Shown one piece after another: positions 1 to 10,606 of a DNA stretch of 64,000 bases (within the stretch, counting starts at the first letter, position 1; every line of letters begins with the position of its first letter). The notes beneath the pieces are model-generated. The model was given only the letters and a program-made list of their open reading frames with translations, was not told where the DNA came from and ran no database searches. The position numbers were made by a program, and so were the translations under genes. Source of the stretch: a virus; the IMG/VR virus record IMGVR_UViG_3300024999_000053, positions 32,001 to 96,000 of that record; one strand, written 5' to 3'.

Positions 1-2
1 CT

Positions 3-3000
3 CAACAAATTACTTATGAAACTGCCGTAAAAAACATGGCTTTTTATCAGGCAGAAATAGATATGTTACAAGAACTTTGGTCTGCTCGTTCTAATAATAC
101 TGGAAGCACAGGAAATTGGAGAATAGCTGAAGATTTAGGAATGGCTCAATCTAATTTTGTAGAAACAAAAAAAGAAGTAAATTCGCTATCAGATTCTATT
201 AGTAAAATGAATGATGTTCTTAATTGGAAACCTGCTTCTGTTGCTGGTATTGGAGATAAAGACAAAAAAGATTCATCTTCAAAAAAAGATAAACCTGCTG
301 ATCCATCCTATACAGACCCAATTGATGCTTTAATCAGAGAATCAAATGCTCAAGCAGAATTATCAAAAGCTAAAAGTGAAACTATTACAAAAGAACTTGA
401 GCAAGCAAAAGCATCAAAAGACTATGGTTTAATTTTGGTTAAAAACAATGAACTTATAGAAAATCAAAAGAAAGCTATTTTGGACTTAAATGAAGCTCAT
501 AATAAGATTAATGCTTTAAAAGATTCATCAATTTTATATTCTAAATTTGGAGATACTTCTCGTTGGTTTGACTCAAATAATGAAGCTTCAACTCAATATT
601 ATTCGGAGTTAAATTCTGCATCTGCCGAAGTTCAAAAAACAATGGAAGCAGAATATACTCATATGGAAAAACTTCGTAAAGCTTGGGTAATAAACACAAA
701 CGAAATAAAATTAGCAACAGAGGCTCAAAAAGAATTCGCAAAACAATCTCACGAAGATTTGTTCAAAGGAATAGAAGAACAATCCCAAGCTTTATCCTCT
801 GCTGATGTATCCAAACTAGAATCCTCCTTTAAAAACCTAGACATCGAATCATGGATAGAATCAAACATCACAGCAACATCAGAATGGGCAGACGTAACAG
901 CCTCTCTCCAAGAAGAACTAGCAAAATTAGGTAATCCAACAACACTAGAAGGTCAGAAAAAATATAATGAACTTTTAGAAGCTTCTGCTACTAAGGCGGC
1001 AACTGCATTAAAAGCACAGCAAGAATTAGAGAAAGCTAAAGAAAAAGCTGGTCAAGATGCACTGTTTGAACAAGCCGATGAAGATATCAAAGATATTATG
1101 TCTCAAATTGATGATGTAGACCAAATGCAAAAATTAGGAGCAGGTGGATTCTCTTCTCAAGTTCCTAAGATCAAAATTAACATTATTCCTGATATAGATT
1201 TGGATAGTGTAGATGAAGCTATACAAAAAGTTGTAGATGAAACAAAAAGTGAATTTACGTTCAAAGCACCTACTACTTTTATTAATGTTATTAATAATGA
1301 GTTTACTAATGCATTGTCTAAAGCTCAAGATAATATCATTGATCTTAAACAAAATATTAAAAATTTAGGTGAAATAAAACCTGAAAATCAAGGCCAGGTT
1401 GATGGGTTTTTAGAGCAATGGCAAGAAGAACTTGATAAGTTATCTAATAAGGCGAAAGACACTAGGGAAAGTCTGAAGAAGTCATTAGACGCTAAAAGTA
1501 TTACAGAGGAAGAATTTAATTCCCAAACTCAGGCAGTCAATAATGCAGAACTAACCGTATTGGCAATTCCTAGAATTGAAATGTCAGCAGAGTATCAAAC
1601 AGAATTGGAAACTCTAAAAAAGGACTATGATAATATTCCTGTAACTGTTGATACAGTTGAAGCAAATGAAATAATTTTAGCATTAATAGCAAACGCTGAA
1701 AAGTTGATTACGGCAAACATTGATTCAGCAGTTGCTAGTCAAGTCATAGCTGATTTAACAAAATCTGAAATTAAAACCATTTATATTCAAACTGTAACTT
1801 CTTCGTCAAGTGAGGATTCAGGTGATAGTGGAACTCCTGCAAGAGCAACAGGAGATAGTAATTTTGTCGGGGGAAAGGTAATTGTTGGAGAAGAGGGAAA
1901 AGAATTAATCTCTGAACCAGATGGCACAACCTATTTATCAGGCGATAAATCAGAATTAAGAGATTTACCTAAAGGTACAGTAATCCTACCTAATAGAAAA
2001 ACTGAGAATCTTCTCAAATCTTTAGGTGTTCCTGCTTATTCCAGTGGTACAGGTGATATTAAACTTGAAACTCTTATTGACTCTCAGACAGAAGATTTAG
2101 AAAAAGTCAATAAATTAATCAAGAGTACTGGGAATGCAATAGCAAAAGTAGAAAACAGTATTAAAAAATATATTAATCCTGATGGAACTGTTAATGATAA
2201 ATATGCATCTGATACTAAAATTGTGGATAAGGTTAATATTGCCAATGCAACAATTAGTAATCAAGGTGTAAATCTTAAAACTTATCAAGACCAATCAGAC
2301 AAACTAGTTAGTTCTATTGCTGAATTAAAAACAAAAGTCGATTTATCAAGTGTCGATTCATTAGTTACTAGATTAAAGTATATCAATGAAGGTATAGATG
2401 AAAATAGCAAAGTTATTAAAACATCTACAACTGATCTTGCTAAATACGTTGATAAAGACGGCAATATCAAGAAGAAGTATTTAGATACTGAAAAATCTAC
2501 TGATAAGCAAAAAGCAAGGAATGCAGAAGTTGCTCAAATAGTAGTAGATGACAGGAAAAAGATTGAGAATGCGGCAACTAGTAAAAACACGCTAACCAAT
2601 CAAAAAGAAACTACTTCTACTGTATTAGGTAATCTTAGATTTGATCAAGCTAACGATACTAAACTTGCGCTCTATAGTGAAGCATTGGAAAAAATTGATG
2701 CTGGAATCGTAAAAGTAACTGATTCAATGGAAAAGTATAAAAACGAAGATGGTAGTTACAAAGATAATGCTACTACAAGGGCTGGAAAAGCTAAACTTCA
2801 AGAGTATTATGATCAGGAAAAATCAATTCAACTTTCAATGAAGCAAATTATTACAGATAAATTCAATGCTGAATATGAAGGTTATGACAAACTTCAGAAA
2901 AAATCTGAAACACAAGTATCTGACTTGCAAAAGATTCTAGAATATCAAAAACTTATAGGTGCAAGTGTTGAAGACCAACTTGAATCAGAGCAAAGTATTT

Positions 3001-6000
3001 TAGAAACTAAGGAAAGCGAACAAAAATCTCTATTAGCCGAACAAGCATCCTTAGAAGCAAAGAAAACTACTATTGTTGAAAAAGCAAAAGCTGATTTATC
3101 AACAGCAAAACCTGATGGTTACACGCAAGCAGATTTAGATAGTCTGTTGGAACATAATAGTGAGTATAATTTAACTATTGATAAACTTACTACAGTCCAT
3201 TCTCAAGTATTAGATTATAAAAATTCAATAATGCAAGTTTTGCAAGAAATTGGTCAAATTAGAGCAGATGCAATAATAAAACCTTTTACTGATTCTATTG
3301 CTCAATCACAACACAGTATATCTATTCTTGGAAATCTTGATACTCTTGATGAAAAGAAAAAAGCTTATGAATATACTCAAGAAATTGGTGAAACTCTTCA
3401 AGATGAAAGTGAAAAGATTGCAAAGAGAATTTCTGAGATTCAGATTAAACTTAATAATTTAGATCCTAGCAAAGCACCTGAAGAAATTGCTAAATTAAAA
3501 GCAGAACTTGATAAATTAACATCTACTCAATATCAACTTGAGATTGAAATTATTACTAATCTTGATTCTGTAATTTCACAACTCAATAATCTCGATGTAA
3601 GTGGAATTCAAGAAGCGTTTGATGCTGGAGAAGATTGGCAAAGTATTATTCCTATAACTTTAGAAGGTCAGAAGAAATATAATGAACTGTTGATACAGCA
3701 AGCAGAAAATCAACAAGCCGCAACTAAAGCACAAGAGGAATATAATAAAACCTTAGAAAAGACAAAATTAGACCAACTTTTATCAAATGCTGACGGTCAA
3801 TTAAAGGATATTAATGATGCTATTAATTTAGTTGATCATTTTGTTTCTTTGGGAAAAGATGGTACTAGTAAAGAAGTTCCTACAATTGATTATGTTAATG
3901 ATACTCCTCATATTACTCCTAAAACTCCTGAACAAGCTGGGGCAGAAGTTGAAAATCCTGCAAATAAGACAGATTATGTCCCTCCAAAAACTTTTGTTGA
4001 TTTTATAAATAAAGAATTCTCTGATGCACTTAAAACAGGAAATGCACAAATTGCTGGATTTAATGCTGAAATTGATGCTTTAGGGCCAATTACTGAAGAG
4101 AATGTTGGAAAATTTATTGCACTAACTACAAAAATTAGTGATGTTGGAAAAGGATTAAATCAGACTTATTTGGATGCCAGAAAAGCTGTTGAAAATGATA
4201 CGAGCCTTAGTGAAGATGAGCGAAATACAAAATTACAACAAATTGATGCATCTAATATTTCAATATTGTCTAAACCTCAAATACAAATTACATCTGATGC
4301 TAAGCTTGCTCTTAAAACAGCAGGGATAAATATTGCAACGGGTATTATTGAACCATATACAGATGCAATATCTAAATTAGATCCAACTGCAGATATAGCA
4401 AAAATTGCAGAACAATATGCTACTGCTAGTGGAATCACTATGGCAAAAATTGATGAACTCAATAAGGAACTTAACGACCCTGCAACAACTGAAGCCAGAA
4501 AAATTGTTATCACTGCTGAAATTGGTCAATTAAAACTAGATTTGCCTAAAATGGATGCAGGAATTCAAGAAGCAGCAACTGCAATGGCAAATAGTGTTCA
4601 TGCAGAATTTGATAAAAATGCAGAAACTATTCAAGTTGATATTCTGAAGTTAGATCCAACAAGTCAAAAAGAGGAAATCACTAAATTAAACGAAAAACTT
4701 GTTGATGAAATAACCAAAGCAAAAGCCGCAGTTGTAACAAAAATGGATGAACTCAATGATGAATTGAATAATCCTAACACAACAAAAGAGCGAAAAGTTG
4801 TCATAACTGCGGAACTAAGTGCATTAAAGCTCGACTTGAAGAAACTTAATACAGAAATGGCAACTGTCCAAGCAGAAATTGATAAGACCGCAAAAGAAAC
4901 TTCTACTACGATTAAGGTTAAGAGTGATGTAACTAGTGCTAAAAAGTCTATCAAAGAAGTTGAAAATGGAAAATATAAAGCAAGTGTAAAAGTTAATGCA
5001 GAAACAACTGAAGCACAGAAAGCTATTGATGCCTTAAAGAAAGATGCAACTGCTACTATTACTGTTAATGTTGTAGAGGGAACAACTAAATCTAGTAATA
5101 AATCTTCTAATAATGCCTTTGCAAAAGGAACTCTTTTTGCTCCTGAAGGGGAAGCCATTGTTGGTGAAAAAGGCAGAGAGATAATTTCTGAACCTGATGG
5201 AAAAACATATCTTAGTGGAGATAAAGCAGAATTAAGATATTTACCAGAAGGAACATCTGTAATTCCAAATAAAGAAACTGAAGAGTTTCTTAAATCAATG
5301 GGAATTCAAGGATTTGAAGATGGAAAAGGAAAATCTCTAGCTGATTTATTTAAAATTGCTGGACTTAGTGATGTTTCTCAGTTAGGAAATCTTTCTACAT
5401 CTGCTTTACTAACATTAAAGCAAGGTCTTTATAAATATCTGATTGAAACCGCAGGTACATCAATTACAGAATTAACTACTAAATTGAATGCTCCTGAAAA
5501 TATTGATAGTGTTAACGAAGATGGAACAGTAAATTATAAAGACAATGAAGCAACTCAAGCAATTGTTTCAGAAATTAAAACAATTCAAGCAGCAGAAGAA
5601 TCTGCACAAACAGCAATAAAAGCATTAATAGTTGAGAAATATGAAGCTGAATGGGCAGGATTTGATAAGTTACAAACAAATGCAGAGTGGGAAATCAAAA
5701 GTGCAGAAAATAATTTAGAATATAGCAAATTAATTGGTAAGAACAATGAAGATATTGTTGCACAAGAAGAAGCTATATTAGCACAACAGAAAGCAAAAGA
5801 AGCGTCTTTGCTTGCACAACAAATATCTTTAAAAGCACAAAGAGATGGGTTTGCAGTTGATTCATTAGAATATAATACCTTGGATATTAAACTCAAATCT
5901 GTAACGGACGCTCTAGGCACAGTTAGAACCGATGTTTATAATACTGCATCTGAAATCGCCAATCTAAAATTTGAAGCAATAATTTTTCCGTTTAAAGAAG

Positions 6001-7670
6001 TTGTTTCTGATTTAGAAGTTCTCTCTAATTTTTTAGATGAAGATAATTTTGCAGGCAATTTAGATAATATACGTGGTCAAATAGTTGCTGTATCTTCTGA
6101 AATTTATGAGATTAAAAGTGAACTTTCTAAAATTAGTAATGATTCATCCTTATCTCCTGAAGAAAAAGCAAAGAAAATTGGGGAATATACAACTAAACTT
6201 GAAGAAGCAGAAATTGCTCTTAATAACTTAGCAAAGTCTGAAAAAGATTGGTTAAATAAACAATTATCAGATACTTTTGACAAGCAATTAGAAGCAGTTG
6301 AGAAAGTGCTATTTAATGGTTCAACTGAAAGTGAAGCTCAAGAGGCATTGCAAGATAAAATTGATTTACAGAATAAATTTATTTCTGGTGCTGAGAAAGA
6401 TTTAGAAATTAGTAAAATCAGAAATAGAATTGTTGCTGATGAATTAACCTTAACTGCTGAACAAACTGCTTTGTTGGATAGTCAGGGAGATATTGAAAGA
6501 ACATCATTGGAGAGACTGGGTAAACAACTTGATATTCAACAAGCATTACTTAAAGTTGAAAATCTAAAAGGTCAGAAAACTATTCAGCAAATGACTAAGA
6601 ATGCTGATGGTAATTGGAATTTTGAGTATGTTGCAGATCAGGATGCTATTTTAGAAGCAGAAAATGATTTAGCTACTAAGAGAGTTGATTTAATCACATG
6701 GGAAAGAGATCAAATAAATTCCATTGATAAAGAAAAATTAGATGAAAAAGGCAAATATCTTAGTAAATTAAAGGTAATTACAGATAAGGCCCAAAATGGA
6801 GAGTATGATTCATACGAAGATTTTGCTAATGATATGAGTGCTTTAAATCAGAAATATCTTGGTGGAATGGGAACTGTAACTGCTACTGAATGGCAAGGTA
6901 TTTTTGACTCAACTCAAACCAATATATCTAGTATGCAGACTGCTTTTACAACTTATACAACTGAAATTGAAGCATTAGCAACAAGAATGAAATTAGCATA
7001 TCAGGATATATTAGATGCTCAAGAATTAGCTAAAAAAGTTGTGGAATACGATCCTCCTGCTGATGTTAAGATTGTTGGTACTCCTAAATATAGTGAACCA
7101 GAACCAAATATTGATTTTGCCGTTGGAATAAATGACCCAAATTCTCTTCATGTTGATGATTCTACTGGTATAATTGTTAATTTCACGCCAGAAGAAGCAA
7201 CAAATATGAGTAATTGGGCTTTTAACCAAGTAAGTAAGACAGGAGAAAATCCAACAGCAGAAGATTATATGGAAGAATTTGATCTTAAGAGGTTTAAAAG
7301 TGGAGGATATACAGGAAATTCTGAAGGAATGGCATATTTAGACGAACAAGAAATTGTCTTGGATAAGTCTGATACTTTTAATCTTTTAAAATCAGTTCAA
7401 ATAAATAAGTCGATATTGGATTCTCTAGAAGGATTTGATTTTAAAAGTGTAATGGGCTCTATCACTAATATTAGAGGATTGTCTGATATCTTCAAAGCAC
7501 CAATAGATATGATGAAAAGTATTGGTAGTCTTGTGAAACAGACTAGTCAGACAGTAGAAAATCATTTTCATATCAACAAACTTGAATTGCCAAATGTTAA
7601 TAATCAAAACGGAGTAGACTCGTTAATTAACGGTCTCAACAGTTATGCAATTCAGTATTCAAAGAAATAA
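3..7670 (+). CDS. Tape measure protein, 5'-truncated by the window edge
   Basis: Frame is open from base 3 (QQITYETAVKN-M). >2500 aa of coiled-coil with typical TMP motifs (VGEEGKELI, VGEKGREII, FKSGGYTG...EIVL), followed by tail genes. Confidence 0.85.
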   Translation, partial: QQITYETAVKNMAFYQAEIDMLQELWSARSNNTGSTGNWRIAEDLGMAQSNFVETKKEVNSLSDSISKMNDVLNWKPASVAGIGDKDKKDSSSKKDKPADPSYTDPIDALIRESNAQAELSKAKSETITKELEQAKASKDYGLILVKNNELIENQKKAILDLNEAHNKINALKDSSILYSKFGDTSRWFDSNNEASTQYYSELNSASAEVQKTMEAEYTHMEKLRKAWVINTNEIKLATEAQKEFAKQSHEDLFKGIEEQSQALSSADVSKLESSFKNLDIESWIESNITATSEWADVTASLQEELAKLGNPTTLEGQKKYNELLEASATKAATALKAQQELEKAKEKAGQDALFEQADEDIKDIMSQIDDVDQMQKLGAGGFSSQVPKIKINIIPDIDLDSVDEAIQKVVDETKSEFTFKAPTTFINVINNEFTNALSKAQDNIIDLKQNIKNLGEIKPENQGQVDGFLEQWQEELDKLSNKAKDTRESLKKSLDAKSITEEEFNSQTQAVNNAELTVLAIPRIEMSAEYQTELETLKKDYDNIPVTVDTVEANEIILALIANAEKLITANIDSAVASQVIADLTKSEIKTIYIQTVTSSSSEDSGDSGTPARATGDSNFVGGKVIVGEEGKELISEPDGTTYLSGDKSELRDLPKGTVILPNRKTENLLKSLGVPAYSSGTGDIKLETLIDSQTEDLEKVNKLIKSTGNAIAKVENSIKKYINPDGTVNDKYASDTKIVDKVNIANATISNQGVNLKTYQDQSDKLVSSIAELKTKVDLSSVDSLVTRLKYINEGIDENSKVIKTSTTDLAKYVDKDGNIKKKYLDTEKSTDKQKARNAEVAQIVVDDRKKIENAATSKNTLTNQKETTSTVLGNLRFDQANDTKLALYSEALEKIDAGIVKVTDSMEKYKNEDGSYKDNATTRAGKAKLQEYYDQEKSIQLSMKQIITDKFNAEYEGYDKLQKKSETQVSDLQKILEYQKLIGASVEDQLESEQSILETKESEQKSLLAEQASLEAKKTTIVEKAKADLSTAKPDGYTQADLDSLLEHNSEYNLTIDKLTTVHSQVLDYKNSIMQVLQEIGQIRADAIIKPFTDSIAQSQHSISILGNLDTLDEKKKAYEYTQEIGETLQDESEKIAKRISEIQIKLNNLDPSKAPEEIAKLKAELDKLTSTQYQLEIEIITNLDSVISQLNNLDVSGIQEAFDAGEDWQSIIPITLEGQKKYNELLIQQAENQQAATKAQEEYNKTLEKTKLDQLLSNADGQLKDINDAINLVDHFVSLGKDGTSKEVPTIDYVNDTPHITPKTPEQAGAEVENPANKTDYVPPKTFVDFINKEFSDALKTGNAQIAGFNAEIDALGPITEENVGKFIALTTKISDVGKGLNQTYLDARKAVENDTSLSEDERNTKLQQIDASNISILSKPQIQITSDAKLALKTAGINIATGIIEPYTDAISKLDPTADIAKIAEQYATASGITMAKIDELNKELNDPATTEARKIVITAEIGQLKLDLPKMDAGIQEAATAMANSVHAEFDKNAETIQVDILKLDPTSQKEEITKLNEKLVDEITKAKAAVVTKMDELNDELNNPNTTKERKVVITAELSALKLDLKKLNTEMATVQAEIDKTAKETSTTIKVKSDVTSAKKSIKEVENGKYKASVKVNAETTEAQKAIDALKKDATATITVNVVEGTTKSSNKSSNNAFAKGTLFAPEGEAIVGEKGREIISEPDGKTYLSGDKAELRYLPEGTSVIPNKETEEFLKSMGIQGFEDGKGKSLADLFKIAGLSDVSQLGNLSTSALLTLKQGLYKYLIETAGTSITELTTKLNAPENIDSVNEDGTVNYKDNEATQAIVSEIKTIQAAEESAQTAIKALIVEKYEAEWAGFDKLQTNAEWEIKSAENNLEYSKLIGKNNEDIVAQEEAILAQQKAKEASLLAQQISLKAQRDGFAVDSLEYNTLDIKLKSVTDALGTVRTDVYNTASEIANLKFEAIIFPFKEVVSDLEVLSNFLDEDNFAGNLDNIRGQIVAVSSEIYEIKSELSKISNDSSLSPEEKAKKIGEYTTKLEEAEIALNNLAKSEKDWLNKQLSDTFDKQLEAVEKVLFNGSTESEAQEALQDKIDLQNKFISGAEKDLEISKIRNRIVADELTLTAEQTALLDSQGDIERTSLERLGKQLDIQQALLKVENLKGQKTIQQMTKNADGNWNFEYVADQDAILEAENDLATKRVDLITWERDQINSIDKEKLDEKGKYLSKLKVITDKAQNGEYDSYEDFANDMSALNQKYLGGMGTVTATEWQGIFDSTQTNISSMQTAFTTYTTEIEALATRMKLAYQDILDAQELAKKVVEYDPPADVKIVGTPKYSEPEPNIDFAVGINDPNSLHVDDSTGIIVNFTPEEATNMSNWAFNQVSKTGENPTAEDYMEEFDLKRFKSGGYTGNSEGMAYLDEQEIVLDKSDTFNLLKSVQINKSILDSLEGFDFKSVMGSITNIRGLSDIFKAPIDMMKSIGSLVKQTSQTVENHFHINKLELPNVNNQNGVDSLINGLNSYAIQYSKK

Positions 7671-7699
7671 AAGTACAATTTGATATGGTTTGTGTTTTA

Positions 7700-7735
7700 A
7701 AGAGTTAGATGATTAATTTCTTCTAACTCTTTTTG
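7700..7735 (+). terminator. Intrinsic terminator
   Basis: AAGAGTTAGA...TCTAACTCTT stem followed by a T run. Confidence 0.7.
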
Positions 7736-7760
7736 ATAAATAATATAAGGGAGGTTTGTC

Positions 7761-8693
7761 ATGGCAAGAGGTCAAGGAAGAATTTCAGATAATGAATTAA
7801 ATTCAGGCATAATAAATGAATTAGATGCTAAAGCATTACAAAGTGGTTTAGATAATTTGGCAGGAACTGGACGAACAACAGAAACGGTAAAAGGTGTTAA
7901 TGATGCCCTTGTGTCGCATTTGGTAGATTATGCACATCATTACGCTTCCGATGGTGGCAGTACAGATGATTACGCAATTACGCCTAACCCTCCAATAACT
8001 GCATATGTAGCAGGGCAAACGTTTAACGTCAAGGCTAACACGGATAATACAGGGGTTGCAACGTTAAACGTTAATACCTATGGCGCGAAGACTATTAAGA
8101 AAAATCACAATGAAGATTTAGTTACAGGGGATATTGTTGCAGGGCAGATTTTTACGGTGGTTTATGATGCAGGAGACGATACTTTTCAGATTACGAGTGG
8201 AATAACAAGCAAAACATGGAAAGAAATATTTAACGGCACACTCACCGATACGCCACAATTTGATATATTAATCCCTTCAAATTTTAATAGGGTAAGGATT
8301 AAGGCCCAAACTAAGGCCTCAACAACTACTAATGCTACTTTATCATTAAGGTTTAATAATGATAGCACAGCTAATCACTATCAAGCTTGTGTCGCTACTG
8401 AACAAGGATCTATGAATAAAACTGGAATTGAATTATATTCATCAGGTTTTAGTGCTTATTCTTTACCAAAATCCGACAGAGGTTATTTAGCAATGTTAGA
8501 CTTAGAAATACAAGTTGACAATAAAGCGGAACTTGTCGGTATATGTTCTTTTATAAACACAACTGGTTCCTATGTTTGCCCAGTTAGTGGGTTGTGGGTA
8601 AACCAAACAGATAGGATAGCTACTATTAATTTAGTTGCGTCTGTAAACTCTATAGGAGCAGGAAGTAAAGTTAGTGTTTGGGGGTGTGAATAG
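7761..8693 (+). CDS. Short tail fibre / receptor-binding protein
   Basis: RBS AAGGGAGG. Segment SHLVDY...YVAGQTFNVKANTDNTGVATLNVN..GAKTIKK is typical of Firmicute phage fibres. Followed by a chaperone gene. Confidence 0.65.
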   Translation: MARGQGRISDNELNSGIINELDAKALQSGLDNLAGTGRTTETVKGVNDALVSHLVDYAHHYASDGGSTDDYAITPNPPITAYVAGQTFNVKANTDNTGVATLNVNTYGAKTIKKNHNEDLVTGDIVAGQIFTVVYDAGDDTFQITSGITSKTWKEIFNGTLTDTPQFDILIPSNFNRVRIKAQTKASTTTNATLSLRFNNDSTANHYQACVATEQGSMNKTGIELYSSGFSAYSLPKSDRGYLAMLDLEIQVDNKAELVGICSFINTTGSYVCPVSGLWVNQTDRIATINLVASVNSIGAGSKVSVWGCE

Positions 8694-9157
8694 TGCAAAT
8701 AACTGACGAAAAAGGGGTTTGGGAAGTAGGCGGTAATGTACGTTATTTAATTTCTGGAACCGAGACAGAACTGTGGAAACAGGAAAGCCAACAACTTCCT
8801 ACTCTTTCCGAAATCCAGCAACGGAAAATTCTAGAGCTAAACACAGGCTGTAATCAAGATATTTTAAATGGGTTTCCATCATCTTGCACAGGCGTAGAAC
8901 ATCAGTACAATTTTGACCTAGAATATCAAGCTAATATGAATCAAAGAGCTACGATGTTCTTACTAAAACCAACCATGACTGAAACATGGTGGCCTACTAA
9001 AGACATGGGGGTACTCACTCACACTAGAGAACAGTTTGTGCAACTGTGTGAAGACGCTGACAAAATTAAGGACGCAAAGATACTTAGGTATTTTGGCATG
9101 AAGGCACAAGTTGAAGCATGTAAAGAGATTGCTGATGTTGAAGCGATTGCGTGGTGA
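8693..9157 (+). CDS. Tail fibre assembly chaperone (DUF4376-like)
   Basis: GTG start overlaps the fibre stop. KILELN..CNQDILNGF..S motif and C-terminal 'VEAIAW' ending. Confidence 0.65.
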   Translation: MQITDEKGVWEVGGNVRYLISGTETELWKQESQQLPTLSEIQQRKILELNTGCNQDILNGFPSSCTGVEHQYNFDLEYQANMNQRATMFLLKPTMTETWWPTKDMGVLTHTREQFVQLCEDADKIKDAKILRYFGMKAQVEACKEIADVEAIAW

Positions 9158-9161
9158 GTTA

Positions 9162-9377
9162 ATGAGCAACTATCCGTATAGAATATTGTTAGCAATCGAT
9201 CAGTTATTCAACGCAATCCTTGGAGGGGATGAAGACGAAACAATCTCATCCCGAATGGGTAAGCATGTAGTGAAAAAGGATAGTAGATTGTGTAAATTTA
9301 TCTGCTCTTTACTTAATAAAATCGACCCCAACCACTGCTCAGATGCGATTGAAAAAGATGAAGGATTACCGATGTAG
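9162..9377 (+). CDS. Small conserved phage tail-region protein
   Basis: LLAIDQLFNAILGGDEDETISSRMGK...DPNHC motif. ATG 9162 follows GGTGA. Confidence 0.6.
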   Translation: MSNYPYRILLAIDQLFNAILGGDEDETISSRMGKHVVKKDSRLCKFICSLLNKIDPNHCSDAIEKDEGLPM

Positions 9378-9430
9378 TTATGTCGTAGTAGACAATCAAC
9401 TGTTCATTAAGCAAAAATAATATTTTATTA

Positions 9431-9460
9431 AAGAGAGTATAAAAACTGTACTCTCTTTAT
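9431..9460 (+). terminator. Intrinsic terminator
   Basis: AAGAGAGTA...TACTCTCTT stem. Confidence 0.55.
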
Positions 9461-9489
9461 CTATGTAAAAAAAGAAACGAGGATATTTA

Positions 9490-10254
9490 TTGGATAATTA
9501 TGGTATAATATATTCTGCAAGAAACTTAATAAACAATAAACGATATATAGGTCAAACTACTTGTTCATTAGAGAAAAGAAGAAGAGAACACATCAATTCG
9601 ATTGGTCAACAAAAATATATTTTTCAAAGAGCAATGAAAAAATACGGTGTGGAAAATTTCATATGGGAAGAACTTGACTATGCCGATTCTCCAGAAGAAC
9701 TTGATTATAAAGAAACATATTGGATTGACCACTTTGGAACATATGGCAATAATGGGTATAATATGACTGTTGGTGGTCAAAAAATTCATAAACCATCAAA
9801 AGAAGAGCATATTAAGTATTTACGCACACAGCATGATGATAGAAGTCTCTTAGTATTTGATAAACTTGGTAACTTTATTGAAGAATCTGATAATAGGTTT
9901 TTATTTTGTATAGAGAATAATATAACTACATCGGATGCTAATCAATCATTAACAAATAGGAGACCATCAGTTGGTGATTTTATTCTTATTTATAAGGATG
10001 ATTTTACAAAAGAAAATCTAGATGATAGATTAAAAAGAGTTAGAAACACAAGAGAATTTGTAGTATTTGATGAAAATAATAAATACATAGGCACTTGGTC
10101 TAATCAGACTTATTGTAGCAGAGATACAAAAGCGCATAGGGGAAATATTAGCAGATGTTTAAGTGGAACTTTAAATAAAACTCACGGATATTATTTTTAT
10201 TATTTAGATAATTGTCCAGAAGAATTAAAGCACCTGATTCCACAATCTGACTAA
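9490..10254 (+). CDS. GIY-YIG homing endonuclease with C-terminal NUMOD1-like repeats
   Basis: GIIY...YIGQT...R..EH, E..WI, GYNMTVGG. Confidence 0.85.
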   Translation: MDNYGIIYSARNLINNKRYIGQTTCSLEKRRREHINSIGQQKYIFQRAMKKYGVENFIWEELDYADSPEELDYKETYWIDHFGTYGNNGYNMTVGGQKIHKPSKEEHIKYLRTQHDDRSLLVFDKLGNFIEESDNRFLFCIENNITTSDANQSLTNRRPSVGDFILIYKDDFTKENLDDRLKRVRNTREFVVFDENNKYIGTWSNQTYCSRDTKAHRGNISRCLSGTLNKTHGYYFYYLDNCPEELKHLIPQSD

Positions 10255-10312
10255 GTTAAAAGCAATAAATAATTATTTTACTAATTCCTCCCAATTAATA
10301 TTTAATAAAGGA

Positions 10313-10588
10313 ATGATAAAAACAATGTCAAATAAACAAGAAATTTTAATGGAATCAATTGATATATTGATTGCTGAAAGATTAAAAAACTTCAAATATA
10401 ATTATTATGTTGAAGGAGTTGTCATAGAAGGTAACTTAGATGGGACATATAATATTCGCATCAATAATGAAATATCAACCTTATATGCAAGAGAAGGATT
10501 GTCATTGCAAGTAAACGATATAGTTATGATTTTAGTAATTAACAACAATTATAGTCAAAAAATAATAGATTTTGTCAGACCATATTAG
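10313..10588 (+). CDS. Small tail/baseplate protein
   Basis: OB-fold-like spike-type sequence within the tail operon. Confidence 0.5.
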   Translation: MIKTMSNKQEILMESIDILIAERLKNFKYNYYVEGVVIEGNLDGTYNIRINNEISTLYAREGLSLQVNDIVMILVINNNYSQKIIDFVRPY

Positions 10589-10606
10589 AAAGTAGGTGAA
10601 AAGTAA

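Noticed and set aside
541-7607. Minus-strand ORFs within the tape measure gene, and similar shadow ORFs elsewhere (e.g. 14329, 42705-43241, 47005, 63272)
   Set aside because: They are antisense or out-of-frame shadows of real genes, without RBS or motifs
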